Assembly: GCA_964533625.1 (NCBI GenBank) | Contig: CAZHNF010000010.1 | Location: 11,875 to 75,874, forward strand | DNA: 64,000 bases | From: an uncultured Saprospiraceae bacterium | GTDB taxonomy: Bacteria > Bacteroidota > Bacteroidia > Chitinophagales > Saprospiraceae | Direction of reading: 5' to 3' | Shown: positions 34,251 to 43,359 of the stretch, piece by piece | How the letters are laid out: every line of letters begins with the position of its first letter | Numbering within the stretch: position 1 is the stretch's first letter | Made by a program: the position numbers and the translations under genes | Notes under the pieces: model-generated | The model's database searches: none | Told to the model about the DNA's origin: nothing | The model's input: the letters and a program-made list of their open reading frames with translations, nothing else

Positions 34251-36995
34251 TTAGTTTAAAGAAATATTAAAATTTATAAAGTAATTAATTCCTTGTAAAT
34301 GAAAATATTTATTAGGAAATTTATTCACGTTTTTATTGGTGAAATCATATCGGCTCTGTTCAAAGCCACCGCTTAGTAAATCTTTATTATTAAGTATGTT
34401 GTTGACATTTATACTTGCGGATAAATATTTTTTCTTATAAGTCCAACTTTTAAAAATCGATGCATTTAATAAAAGAGCCTTTGGAAGTTTTTCCTGTTCT
34501 ATTATTTTCTTGAATAATTCAGATTTTCTATCTATATCTTCTACTGCTTCAGGTGTTCTTCTTAGCGGATTTATTTCTACAAAAGCGTCATCTAAATAAT
34601 TAAAGTTAATAGTTGCGAATCCATTTTTAATTAAATTCAATTTGATTCCTGCTGTTAAAGCTGTTTGTGGCGTTCCCGGGACATTAAAATTCTTTAAATA
34701 AATTATACTAGACCCAGCAGAGTTACTGAATTGGTCATAGAAATAATAAGTCGGTCGATTATTATAATAGTATTCACCTTTACTACCGGTAAAAATTAGG
34801 TCTATTGAAGGGTGAATAGAATATGAAATGCTGAGTTCAATACCTTTATGAACTTCGTCCAAGTCAGTGTAGAACCCATTTACAAAACCACCATAAAATA
34901 AATTAGATGTCGGATCACTGGATGCATCTGCATCCAGATAAAAATTACGGCTTTGAATTTGATTGTCGAATCTTAAATAATATGCTCTCAAGTAAAATTT
35001 AATTTCTGGGGAGCGGTAATTATACGAAAATTGTAAAGTTCCAATTTTAGTTTGATTCGTATAAGGTAAAACATCATTTCTCCAGGCTGGATTAATTAGA
35101 ATCTGGTCACTGTTAGGATTCAACCATTGGTAACTAAGTAATGAGTTAATATAGTTTCTTCCATTAATTTTGTAAGTTATTGAAAACTTTGATCCCAGGT
35201 TAAACTTGGTGAGCGGGTTGTTGAGTTCTTTGGAATTATCAAATAGTGCATTCGAAAACTTTCTGTTTAGCGACATCCATTGATAAGCTTCCATGAATGC
35301 CAAATTAAAATCAATTCTACGGTGAATTACAGATAATTGTTGTGTGGAGGAGATTTTGGAATTATGAATCGTATAATCATATCCATATTTATCTCCGACA
35401 TGTACAATCCGGTTAGGATTGGAAGAATCGGGATTCTGATTTCCTTCTACAAAACTTTCAAGATCAACATAAAAGTCACCGCCTAATAAATCTGAAACGA
35501 CACTATACGAATGATTAGTGGAATTTTCGAAGCGCCCTGTAATTAGAAGTTGACTGTTATTTCGTAATTTGGTTAATCGACGAGCATAGACTTCGAAATC
35601 TTTGGGGTCATTATGGTTTTCTGCCAAAATGTAAAGGGATCTTCTTCCGTAAACTTTACTTCCCAAACCTGGACCACTGATAACAGTATCGTAGTTGTAA
35701 TAATTAGTTTGGTAAAAATTATTCCAATCCATTTGAGAAATATTCGAATTCGTTTGCCAATTATAAGTTGCAATTTGTTTAGACAAAGAATCTTCGTAAA
35801 ACGATGGTAGATATCTGTAATAATCTGGTCTTGGATCACGAATATTGTACCAATCTATATTCGTTTCATAATTTGATCCTGACAAGTACATAATCCCAGT
35901 GTACCAATGAGTGTTAATGGATTCATTCCAGTCATAATTTAGCATAAAAACCGGGGACGAAGAGCTTGCCACGCGTGAATTTCTTTTTTCACCCTCCTGA
36001 TAACCCCAATACGAATTGTAGAGAGGATCTCCGGTTAACTCAACTACTTCATCTACAACCGGTGAGGATTTGCCACGAGCAACTGGTGCAAAGAAAAATG
36101 TAAAATTTAGAGAAGCATTAGATTTAAACTTATGATTAATGCCTAAATATGCACCATAAGCATCGTAAAATGTTCCCGGAAATGCTCCTTCCTGAGCCCA
36201 TCTTCTATTAGCGCCAATTAAAATATTGCTGTTGATAAATTTAATTCTTCCTGAATAATTAACTCCAAGTCTATGGAAATAGCTGCGATTACTTAAAGAA
36301 TAAAATGCCGATAAACCTTTTCTGTAACTTGAAGGGTTGCACCTTATCCATTGATTTATTCCGACGCTTCCAAAATCAAATTCCTGTTCATCATAACTTA
36401 ATCGATTGTCAGCATACCTCGATAAATTATTTTGTCCGGATAATAAATAATATGGAACCAGATCAGTTGATAAATCATTTAATATAAAACCATTGAAACC
36501 CAGTTGGTCATATCGAGTAGAAATACCTCTTGGGCGAAATCTTAACGTACTCCATTCATAAGCAGATGCTTCTAATAAGGGGTCATCAGAGCTATTGAGA
36601 AGACTATATACTTCTGAACTGGTTTGATTTTGATCTTCGGATCCTTCTATTTGAATGGTGGATAAGTCAATATTTTTTTCAATTTCTTTAAGAGAAAATA
36701 AGCATTCTGCTTCAATGCAATCTGTTGTACGAATTTTTATTTCTTTTGAAGAATATAAAGGATGTGTCAATTTCAGATTAAGCTCAACTGGTTCTTGAGA
36801 AATATTGAATTCCAAATACCCTTTCTGATCACTGTAATACATTTGACCAGAATTGACATCTAATATTTTAACATCACTTATAGCTTGTTTTGAATCTTCA
36901 TCTACAATAAGTATCTTAGCAGACTGAGCCGATAAGTTTGAATAACTTTGTATAACTAAAAAAATAAGTGAGAGAAATGTAATATTTTGCCTCAT
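34251..36995 (-). CDS. TonB-dependent receptor-like outer-membrane protein with CarboxypepD_reg-like N-domain
   Basis: 914 aa. Signal peptide (..SNLSAQ). N-domain ILIVDEDSKQAISDVKI..SDQKGYLEF. Plug-like LRFRPRGISTRYDQLGFNGFILND. Long Tyr/Asn-rich barrel region. Confidence 0.8.
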   Translation of the reverse strand: MRQNITFLSLIFLVIQSYSNLSAQSAKILIVDEDSKQAISDVKILDVNSGQMYYSDQKGYLEFNISQEPVELNLKLTHPLYSSKEIKIRTTDCIEAECLFSLKEIEKNIDLSTIQIEGSEDQNQTSSEVYSLLNSSDDPLLEASAYEWSTLRFRPRGISTRYDQLGFNGFILNDLSTDLVPYYLLSGQNNLSRYADNRLSYDEQEFDFGSVGINQWIRCNPSSYRKGLSAFYSLSNRSYFHRLGVNYSGRIKFINSNILIGANRRWAQEGAFPGTFYDAYGAYLGINHKFKSNASLNFTFFFAPVARGKSSPVVDEVVELTGDPLYNSYWGYQEGEKRNSRVASSSSPVFMLNYDWNESINTHWYTGIMYLSGSNYETNIDWYNIRDPRPDYYRYLPSFYEDSLSKQIATYNWQTNSNISQMDWNNFYQTNYYNYDTVISGPGLGSKVYGRRSLYILAENHNDPKDFEVYARRLTKLRNNSQLLITGRFENSTNHSYSVVSDLLGGDFYVDLESFVEGNQNPDSSNPNRIVHVGDKYGYDYTIHNSKISSTQQLSVIHRRIDFNLAFMEAYQWMSLNRKFSNALFDNSKELNNPLTKFNLGSKFSITYKINGRNYINSLLSYQWLNPNSDQILINPAWRNDVLPYTNQTKIGTLQFSYNYRSPEIKFYLRAYYLRFDNQIQSRNFYLDADASSDPTSNLFYGGFVNGFYTDLDEVHKGIELSISYSIHPSIDLIFTGSKGEYYYNNRPTYYFYDQFSNSAGSSIIYLKNFNVPGTPQTALTAGIKLNLIKNGFATINFNYLDDAFVEINPLRRTPEAVEDIDRKSELFKKIIEQEKLPKALLLNASIFKSWTYKKKYLSASINVNNILNNKDLLSGGFEQSRYDFTNKNVNKFPNKYFHLQGINYFINFNISLN

Positions 36996-37012
36996 CTTTC
37001 TATAAACTTGAA

Positions 37013-37020
37013 CAAAGCTA
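37013..37020 (-). promoter_or_regulatory. Candidate -7 box TAGCTTTG for the TBDR-like operon
   Basis: TAnnTTTG on the minus strand, 17 nt upstream of ATG 36995, inside the 31-nt divergent gap. Confidence 0.4.
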
Positions 37021-37026
37021 AGGTTT

Positions 37027-38109
37027 TTGTATTATCTATCGGGTGAATTTAAGACATTGAAAACTAAAATTGTTTTTTTACTATACTATCTTTCATTAAG
37101 CTGTTTACCTTTTAAAGATGGATTTAGCCAAACCAATCCTTCTAAAATAGTTTGCGTAGCCTTTTATAATTTAGAGAACCTATTTGATACTCAATTAGAT
37201 ACAACTATTAACGATGAGGAGTTTACACCTAATGGCGCAAAACACTGGACGTTGGAGAAGTATCATCAAAAATTGCAGAATTTGGCTAAAGTCATTAGTG
37301 AATTAGGTAAGCCTCAGTGCAAAGAAGGTCCGATTTTATTGGGATTATCTGAAATCGAAAATAGAACAGTGTTAAGGGAGTTATTGGAAGAAGATAAACT
37401 GGCTCGCGAAGGTTTTCAAATCATTCATTATGATTCTAAAGATGGTCGTGGCGTGGATGTGGCTCTGTTTTATAAACCAAAGTACTTTAAAGTTATAAGT
37501 TCTGATCATTTTCCAGTGTATTTACAAGATTCAATAAACGGTTCAAAATACACAAGAGATGTTTTACTGGTTAAAGGTGAATTATTAAATCAGACCATTT
37601 ATGTAACCGTTAATCACTGGCCTTCCAGACGGGGAGGAACTGCAGCCAGTGAACCCTATCGCAGGCAAGTGGCCCGCTTAAATTATCATTTATTTGATTC
37701 CATAAGCAGAATCGAAGCAAATCCGGCTTTTATAGTGATGGGCGACCTCAACGATAATCCCAATAATCATTCTATCAAACACGATTTGAAAGCGCATCAG
37801 GACAAAGAGTATGTTGTTGAAGGTAGCTTTTATAATCCTTTTTTCAAATCCTTTAAAGATGGAAAAGGTAGTCTTGCCTATAATGATGCATGGTCATTGT
37901 TCGATCAAATTATACTCTCTTATCGGTTTTTGCATCCAGATCATAATGGACTTGAGTACGATCATCATGAGATTTTTAACCGGGATTATCTCTTGGAGAC
38001 GGAAGGTCATTACAAAAATCATCCAAAGCGTTCATTCACTGGAGATGATTGGAATAATGGATATAGTGATCACTTACCAGCGATTCTTTACTTGAAAAGA
38101 AATAATTGA
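37027..38109 (+). CDS. Exported endonuclease/exonuclease/phosphatase (EEP) family nuclease
   Basis: 360 aa. Signal-like KTKIVFLLYYLSLSC. VAFYNLENLFD (N/E catalytic start motif as in ExeM/NucH-type extracellular nucleases), VMGDLND, YSDHLP. The start is uncertain (TTG 37027 or an internal TTG about 10 codons later). Confidence 0.8.
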   Translation: MYYLSGEFKTLKTKIVFLLYYLSLSCLPFKDGFSQTNPSKIVCVAFYNLENLFDTQLDTTINDEEFTPNGAKHWTLEKYHQKLQNLAKVISELGKPQCKEGPILLGLSEIENRTVLRELLEEDKLAREGFQIIHYDSKDGRGVDVALFYKPKYFKVISSDHFPVYLQDSINGSKYTRDVLLVKGELLNQTIYVTVNHWPSRRGGTAASEPYRRQVARLNYHLFDSISRIEANPAFIVMGDLNDNPNNHSIKHDLKAHQDKEYVVEGSFYNPFFKSFKDGKGSLAYNDAWSLFDQIILSYRFLHPDHNGLEYDHHEIFNRDYLLETEGHYKNHPKRSFTGDDWNNGYSDHLPAILYLKRNN

Positions 38110-39404
38110 AAACTGACTTGAATTCAATTAGTGACGAAACGATTCAAGTATTACATGATGAACAGCACTATGCTCTTGATCGAATTTCAGATTGCAAAGG
38201 TGTTGTTTTAATTACCGGAAAAGCCGGAACCGGCAAGTCTACTCTATTTAATTTATTTAATAGGATTACTAATAAAAAAACAATCGTATTAGCTCCTACA
38301 GGTATCGCTGCCATAAACATTGGTGGGCAAACGATACATTCTTTTTTTAGATTGCCTCCAAGCTTTATTACTTCAAAGGATTATCACCCGCTTTCAAAAT
38401 CGCTGGTCAAGAAAATTGAATTAATCGTCATTGACGAAATCAGTATGGTAAGAGCGGATATGTTAGATCATATTGATCAAATTCTTAGGTTGTCAACCCA
38501 TTCAGATATTCCATTTGGAGGCATTCCAATGATTTGGATTGGTGACTTATACCAGTTACCACCCATTCTTAGTAATAATCAAGAAAATGAACATTTTTTA
38601 AAGCATTACGAATCTCCTTATTTTTTTTCTGCAAAAGTGATGAATAAAATTAGTGATTTTGAGCTTATCGAATTAAGTCAGGTTTTTCGTCAAAGCGATC
38701 CTCAATTTATAAAATTACTAAATAGAATTAGAGTTAACCAAATCGATGAAGAGGATCTGGAGTATGTTAATCAGAGAAATATTGAAATTCCGAATAACAA
38801 CCTTGAACCCATTATCCAGTTATGTTCAACCAATTATGTTGTTAATCAAATTAACCAAACTGAACTAAGTAAAATTAATAAGCCCGTATATAATTACAAA
38901 GCTGAAATCAACGGGCAGATTAATGCAAGCCATTTTCCGGTGGATCAAATGCTGCAATTCAAAGAAGGGGCACAGGTTATGGCCATTCGCAATAGTCCGG
39001 ACAAAGAATTTGTCAATGGCAGTCTGGGAATTATAGAAGAACTTCTTGAAGATGAGGTTAAGGTGCGTTTTGAAAATTCAACCAGAATAACCAGTCTACG
39101 TAAGGTGGAATGGGAAATAATTCGTTATAAAGCTGAAAAAGGAGAACTTATTAAAGAAGTTATTGGCAGTTTTAAACAGATACCCTTGAGACTTGCCTGG
39201 GCGATTACTATTCATAAGAGTCAAGGAAAAACCTTTGATCGAATTATATTAGACCTTGGGCGTGGAGCATTTGAATCCGGCCAAACCTATGTTGCATTAA
39301 GTCGTTGCCGATCCTTAGAAGGGATATACCTCAAGCAAAAGTTAAGTTGGAGGGATATTCGCACGGATGAAAGAGTATCAGAATTTTTGCAAAAATATTC
39401 ATGA
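38106..39404 (+). CDS. PIF1-family (RecD-like, SF1B) DNA helicase
   Basis: 432 aa. GKAGTGKS (Walker A), VLAPTGIAA, IVIDEISMV (Walker B), IGDLYQLPPI, ITIHKSQGKTF, YVALSRCRS. There is no in-frame ATG before the Walker A. TTG 38106 overlaps the EEP stop (TTGA). Confidence 0.88.
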   Translation: MKTDLNSISDETIQVLHDEQHYALDRISDCKGVVLITGKAGTGKSTLFNLFNRITNKKTIVLAPTGIAAINIGGQTIHSFFRLPPSFITSKDYHPLSKSLVKKIELIVIDEISMVRADMLDHIDQILRLSTHSDIPFGGIPMIWIGDLYQLPPILSNNQENEHFLKHYESPYFFSAKVMNKISDFELIELSQVFRQSDPQFIKLLNRIRVNQIDEEDLEYVNQRNIEIPNNNLEPIIQLCSTNYVVNQINQTELSKINKPVYNYKAEINGQINASHFPVDQMLQFKEGAQVMAIRNSPDKEFVNGSLGIIEELLEDEVKVRFENSTRITSLRKVEWEIIRYKAEKGELIKEVIGSFKQIPLRLAWAITIHKSQGKTFDRIILDLGRGAFESGQTYVALSRCRSLEGIYLKQKLSWRDIRTDERVSEFLQKYS

Positions 39405-39420
39405 GGTATTGATTTGTTTT

Positions 39421-39428
39421 TAATTTTG
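39421..39428 (+). promoter_or_regulatory. Candidate -7 box TAATTTTG
   Basis: TAnnTTTG, 17 nt after the helicase stop and 23 nt upstream of ATG 39452. Confidence 0.4.
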
Positions 39429-39451
39429 GTACAAATTATAAACTTCATGCA

Positions 39452-39565
39452 ATGAGCAAACCAGATCTTAAAAAAGAGAAGTCAGAAGGTCAGAGAATGC
39501 TATTGATTATGATAGTCGTGACTATTCTAATCATGATTCTTGGTTACTATAGCTGTAATTCCTAA
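39452..39565 (+). CDS. Possible 37-aa single-pass membrane micro-protein (below the ORF-track length cutoff)
   Basis: ATG..TAA encodes MSKPDLKKEKSEGQRMLLIMIVVTILIMILGYYSCNS: a charged N-terminus followed by a 19-residue hydrophobic helix. A -7 box lies 23 nt upstream. No other support. Confidence 0.25.
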   Translation: MSKPDLKKEKSEGQRMLLIMIVVTILIMILGYYSCNS

Positions 39566-40157
39566 TATTGTTTTGAAAAGAACTCCAGAATTAAAACAAA
39601 GTTCTTCGAAAGAATGGCTTAATGCAGTTCTTTATGATTTCAATACCTTTCTTCAAGATCATGCAGATTGTGAACGTAAGGCATCTGCGATGGCTATGAG
39701 CCTGGTTGCTAAATATCCTGACCGTAATTTTATCCATAATGAATTAATTGAGACAGCAATTGAAGAACTAGAGCATTTCAAATTAGTGTATCAATTGATG
39801 CAGTCTAGAGGAGTTTCATTTTCGCCCACCATCACAGAAGACCCATATATTAAAGGTTTAAATAGACAAATGTATTCTGGTGGGGACAAGAGATTTATGG
39901 ATTATTTACTGATTGGGTCATTATTTGAAATTCGCGGAGCAGAAAGATTTAGGTTGATTGAAGAAAATTTATCAGACCCAGAGTATAAAAGATTTTACAA
40001 AATGTTATGGACTTCAGAAGCCAAGCATGGACATATATATATCAACATGGCATTGCATTATTTTGCAGAAGATGTGGTTTATAAGCGAATGGATTGGTGG
40101 CTGGATCGCGAAGCCGAAGTAATTCAAAACCTTCCTATTCGAGCGGCTTTGCATTAA
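39540..40157 (+). CDS. miaE: tRNA-(ms2io6A37)-hydroxylase MiaE (ferritin-like di-iron)
   Basis: FLQDHADCERKASAMAMSLVAKYPDR, EELEHF, GAERF, SEAKHGH match MiaE di-iron ligand segments. The start is uncertain: the track's TTG 39540 overlaps the micro-ORF, and TTG 39573 (MKRTPELKQ..) would follow it. Confidence 0.8.
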   Translation: MVTIAVIPNIVLKRTPELKQSSSKEWLNAVLYDFNTFLQDHADCERKASAMAMSLVAKYPDRNFIHNELIETAIEELEHFKLVYQLMQSRGVSFSPTITEDPYIKGLNRQMYSGGDKRFMDYLLIGSLFEIRGAERFRLIEENLSDPEYKRFYKMLWTSEAKHGHIYINMALHYFAEDVVYKRMDWWLDREAEVIQNLPIRAALH

Positions 40158-40195
40158 TTTTATTCACTATTCTTTGACTTCATTTTAATAAAGAA

Positions 40196-43100
40196 TTATT
40201 TTTTCTTTTTCTTAAAAGGATCCCAATCCTTCAACTTGTCTTTTAATTTGTCCACACTGGAATCTTTAAGTATTTCTCCGGCACCTTTACCCATTTTATC
40301 TTTTAATATATCTTTGCCCTGATTAACTAAGTTTGAATCCACTTTTTTCTTTAGTTCTTCAGAAGCTTTATCCAATACTTTATTTTTTTCCTCTTCGATT
40401 TTTTTAGCAGCTGCTTTTTTAAGGCTATCCTCTACCCTTTCTGCTTCTTTAATGGCCTTTTCTTTTGCCTTATTGATTTCTTCCTCTCCTTTCTTTTTTA
40501 ATGAATCTTTCGCTGTGTCTACTATATTACTTGCTTCCGATGAAACTTCTTTGCCATCCGTGCCTAATAATTTATAACTAATATCAGGGCTAAGTAAGTT
40601 TCCTTTCAGATTGACTAAAACATTTACATGAGAGCCTAATTCAATATTAACACCCGCTTTAGATCCAAGTCCTTTTAAAAAATTAAGTCCTTTTTCTGCT
40701 GTTTGACCAATGGCGTTTTGATTAAGTTTATTTCTTGGGATTCTAAACTTAAAATTGAAATCCATAGGACCTTGAAGTTTGCTGTTTCCGGCGATATCAA
40801 CATCAATATCACTCCATTGATATTTAAGTTCTTTTAATGTAACCTGTCCATTTTCAACCGTAAACCAATTTTTGGTATTTTTTAAACTTAAATTTTTTAA
40901 TTCCTTAATGCTTAATTTATCAGAAATAGCATCAAGGGGTTTGTATCCTTTGATTGCAGCGTCAATGGTTTCGATTAATCCTCCTATATTAATGCTTGAT
41001 AGATCAGGGCTCATATCTTTTAAAAGACTACCCGAGAAAATGAAGGATGAATTTAACTTACCTTCAATGAATTTAGCAATAGGGGCAATAAGTTTAAATG
41101 TTTTTATGCTTTCAAACATTTGTCCAAATTGCATCTTTTGCATTTCATATTTCATATCAAAGGTGGGCTTTTCAGGATTAGAGCTGTTGTAGACACCGCT
41201 CAATACCATTTTACCTCCCATTGAATTAGTACTTAGTTCTTTAATCTGTAACTCGTTCTGCACAATGCTTAATCGAGTATTAAGATCTTTAAGATTAATT
41301 TTATCGTATAAAAACTCATTACTGGTAAAAACGACATCAAGGTTCATACCTTCCGGGACAATAAATGGTTCAGAAGTTTGATTCGATGCTGGTTTCGTAG
41401 GATCACTGGCCAGAAAAGTATTTGAATCGAACTTGTCTGTTTTAATGTTAAGATTTCCTTGAAGGGTTTTATTATTAAATACATATTGCGTTATTGGGTG
41501 TAATTCTCCAACTATTCCAAAATTATTTTTATTTACCAGCGCACTACCGGAAATGATGCTAAGTTTATCTTTTTCCAGAATAGCATTGGCTTTAATATTT
41601 TTGATGTCGTAATCCTCATACTGTATTGCATTGTATTGAAAAGCCACATTTAAAATAGATCTCTCAGATAAACCGGGTATGCTGCTTGGTTCAGAAGTTT
41701 GTACTCCTACCTTTGAAGTATCCATCCATTCGTTAGCGTCAAGAAGATTACCACTGATATTTAAGGAGCCTTTTATGGTGGCTTTATCATTGACAATAGC
41801 CAATGGATTAATAAAATTGCCATGCACGAGCATGTCGCTTTTGCCTAACGTTAACTTGATATTATCTAATTTGATTTCTTTAGGACTAAAATCGCATTTA
41901 CCTTGTGTAACTCCAATGGTGGGTTGGTCTTTACTTTTATAAATCAGATTATTGAAACCAATAAATCCGGCCAGGTTAACTCTTTCGAACTTCTCATCCT
42001 GTACATCGGATTGAAGAAAATTGGTTTGTACATCAATCTCTATTTTTCCACCGAGCATTTCGTCTTTAGAAAGTGGAATAAAATTTTTAAAATCATCCAA
42101 ATCAATGACTCCCTTTAATTTGGCATCAACGACGGCATTTTTACTAGCGTCTTTAGCCTTAAGATATCCATTCAAACCATTTTTGTTTAAATTGAAACTA
42201 AACGGCTCAACTTGAATTTCCATGCCCGATAAATCAGGATTAACGTTTTTGGTATGTGCCTTTAGATTTACCTGATTTAGCTTTACAGGCATTCCCTGAT
42301 ACTGAATTCCACCATTTGCAACGCTGCAATTGAATTCCCAATTTGGATAAAGATTCTTCTCAGAATTCAAGTCTCCTTTGATCCAACCATCAATGTTGAA
42401 GGTTCCTTCAGATTTCACATTTTTATAATCCTTTGTAAATGCTGACGGTATAAGTGAAAATAAGTTTTTGAATTCATTATTAGGTGCTTTTAATTGCAGA
42501 TCCAAGATGAGTTTGTCTTCAGGCATTTGTATTTCACCATTTAAAATAAGCTTTAAATCATTAAGGGTAATTTCATTCTTCTTTATAGAATACTTTTGCG
42601 TTGATTGGTCAATGTGTATATCAAGCATTGACTCCAGTCTGGCTTCATTAAGATATTTTACACCTGCTGAACTCAGACTCAGTGATTCAATCTTTGTGGT
42701 CGTGAATGCATCCATTAGATTATCATTAATATAAACTGATCCTTGATGGTTGAGATCTGAAATTGTTAAAATTGAAGAGGTGTCCTGAATATTTATATCT
42801 ACATGGTTGAATTCATAATGGGATAGTTTAAATGCTAAACTAGTTGACGTAGTTGTAGTGCTGTCTTGTGATTTTGCAATTTCGTAATTCGAATAAGCGC
42901 CATTATTGATTAGATTGATTCGAGCGTTGTTGAGATAAAGTCCTTTAACATCTATTTTTTCTTTTTTGGAAAGGATATTCCATAGATCAAGATCAATAGC
43001 GATTAATTGTGAACTTAATATTAAAGTTGTATCTCCACCTGCATACGATATGAGTTCTGTATTTTCTAATTCAACACTAAGTTTTGGAAAATGCTTGAAC

Positions 43101-43276
43101 AGGGATAGATTCAAATCCTTAAAATCGAATTTTCCATTGATGTTTTCATTCGTTTTTGATTTTACCAATTCAAGAATTTGCTTTTTGTACAATATGGGCA
43201 ATAGAATTGAAGCTATAATTAATAAAGAAATTAAAACTAGAGTAATTTTTAATATCCTTTTTAGTAATAATGGCAT
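40196..43276 (-). CDS. AsmA-family envelope protein
   Basis: 1026 aa. N-terminal TM anchor (ITLVLISLLIIASILLPIL), a long beta-rich repetitive body, and a Lys/Glu-rich C-terminal tail ending KKKK. The overall architecture is that of AsmA/AsmA_2 proteins. Confidence 0.7.
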   Translation of the reverse strand: MPLLLKRILKITLVLISLLIIASILLPILYKKQILELVKSKTNENINGKFDFKDLNLSLFKHFPKLSVELENTELISYAGGDTTLILSSQLIAIDLDLWNILSKKEKIDVKGLYLNNARINLINNGAYSNYEIAKSQDSTTTTSTSLAFKLSHYEFNHVDINIQDTSSILTISDLNHQGSVYINDNLMDAFTTTKIESLSLSSAGVKYLNEARLESMLDIHIDQSTQKYSIKKNEITLNDLKLILNGEIQMPEDKLILDLQLKAPNNEFKNLFSLIPSAFTKDYKNVKSEGTFNIDGWIKGDLNSEKNLYPNWEFNCSVANGGIQYQGMPVKLNQVNLKAHTKNVNPDLSGMEIQVEPFSFNLNKNGLNGYLKAKDASKNAVVDAKLKGVIDLDDFKNFIPLSKDEMLGGKIEIDVQTNFLQSDVQDEKFERVNLAGFIGFNNLIYKSKDQPTIGVTQGKCDFSPKEIKLDNIKLTLGKSDMLVHGNFINPLAIVNDKATIKGSLNISGNLLDANEWMDTSKVGVQTSEPSSIPGLSERSILNVAFQYNAIQYEDYDIKNIKANAILEKDKLSIISGSALVNKNNFGIVGELHPITQYVFNNKTLQGNLNIKTDKFDSNTFLASDPTKPASNQTSEPFIVPEGMNLDVVFTSNEFLYDKINLKDLNTRLSIVQNELQIKELSTNSMGGKMVLSGVYNSSNPEKPTFDMKYEMQKMQFGQMFESIKTFKLIAPIAKFIEGKLNSSFIFSGSLLKDMSPDLSSINIGGLIETIDAAIKGYKPLDAISDKLSIKELKNLSLKNTKNWFTVENGQVTLKELKYQWSDIDVDIAGNSKLQGPMDFNFKFRIPRNKLNQNAIGQTAEKGLNFLKGLGSKAGVNIELGSHVNVLVNLKGNLLSPDISYKLLGTDGKEVSSEASNIVDTAKDSLKKKGEEEINKAKEKAIKEAERVEDSLKKAAAKKIEEEKNKVLDKASEELKKKVDSNLVNQGKDILKDKMGKGAGEILKDSSVDKLKDKLKDWDPFKKKKK

Positions 43277-43359
43277 AGTACGGAAGAATTTGAGATATTA
43301 ACGGTACAGGGGTAAATTTATTGAGAATTGATTGAAATTGGGTTAATTTATCGTTATTT

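Noticed and set aside
37027-39404. EEP nuclease plus Pif1 helicase considered as an anti-phage defence system.
   Set aside because: The nuclease has an N-terminal signal-like sequence, so it is probably exported. Stand-alone Pif1 helicases are widespread housekeeping-type genes in Bacteroidota. No other defence or mobile-element genes are nearby. The pair is kept only as a coupling curiosity in the findings.
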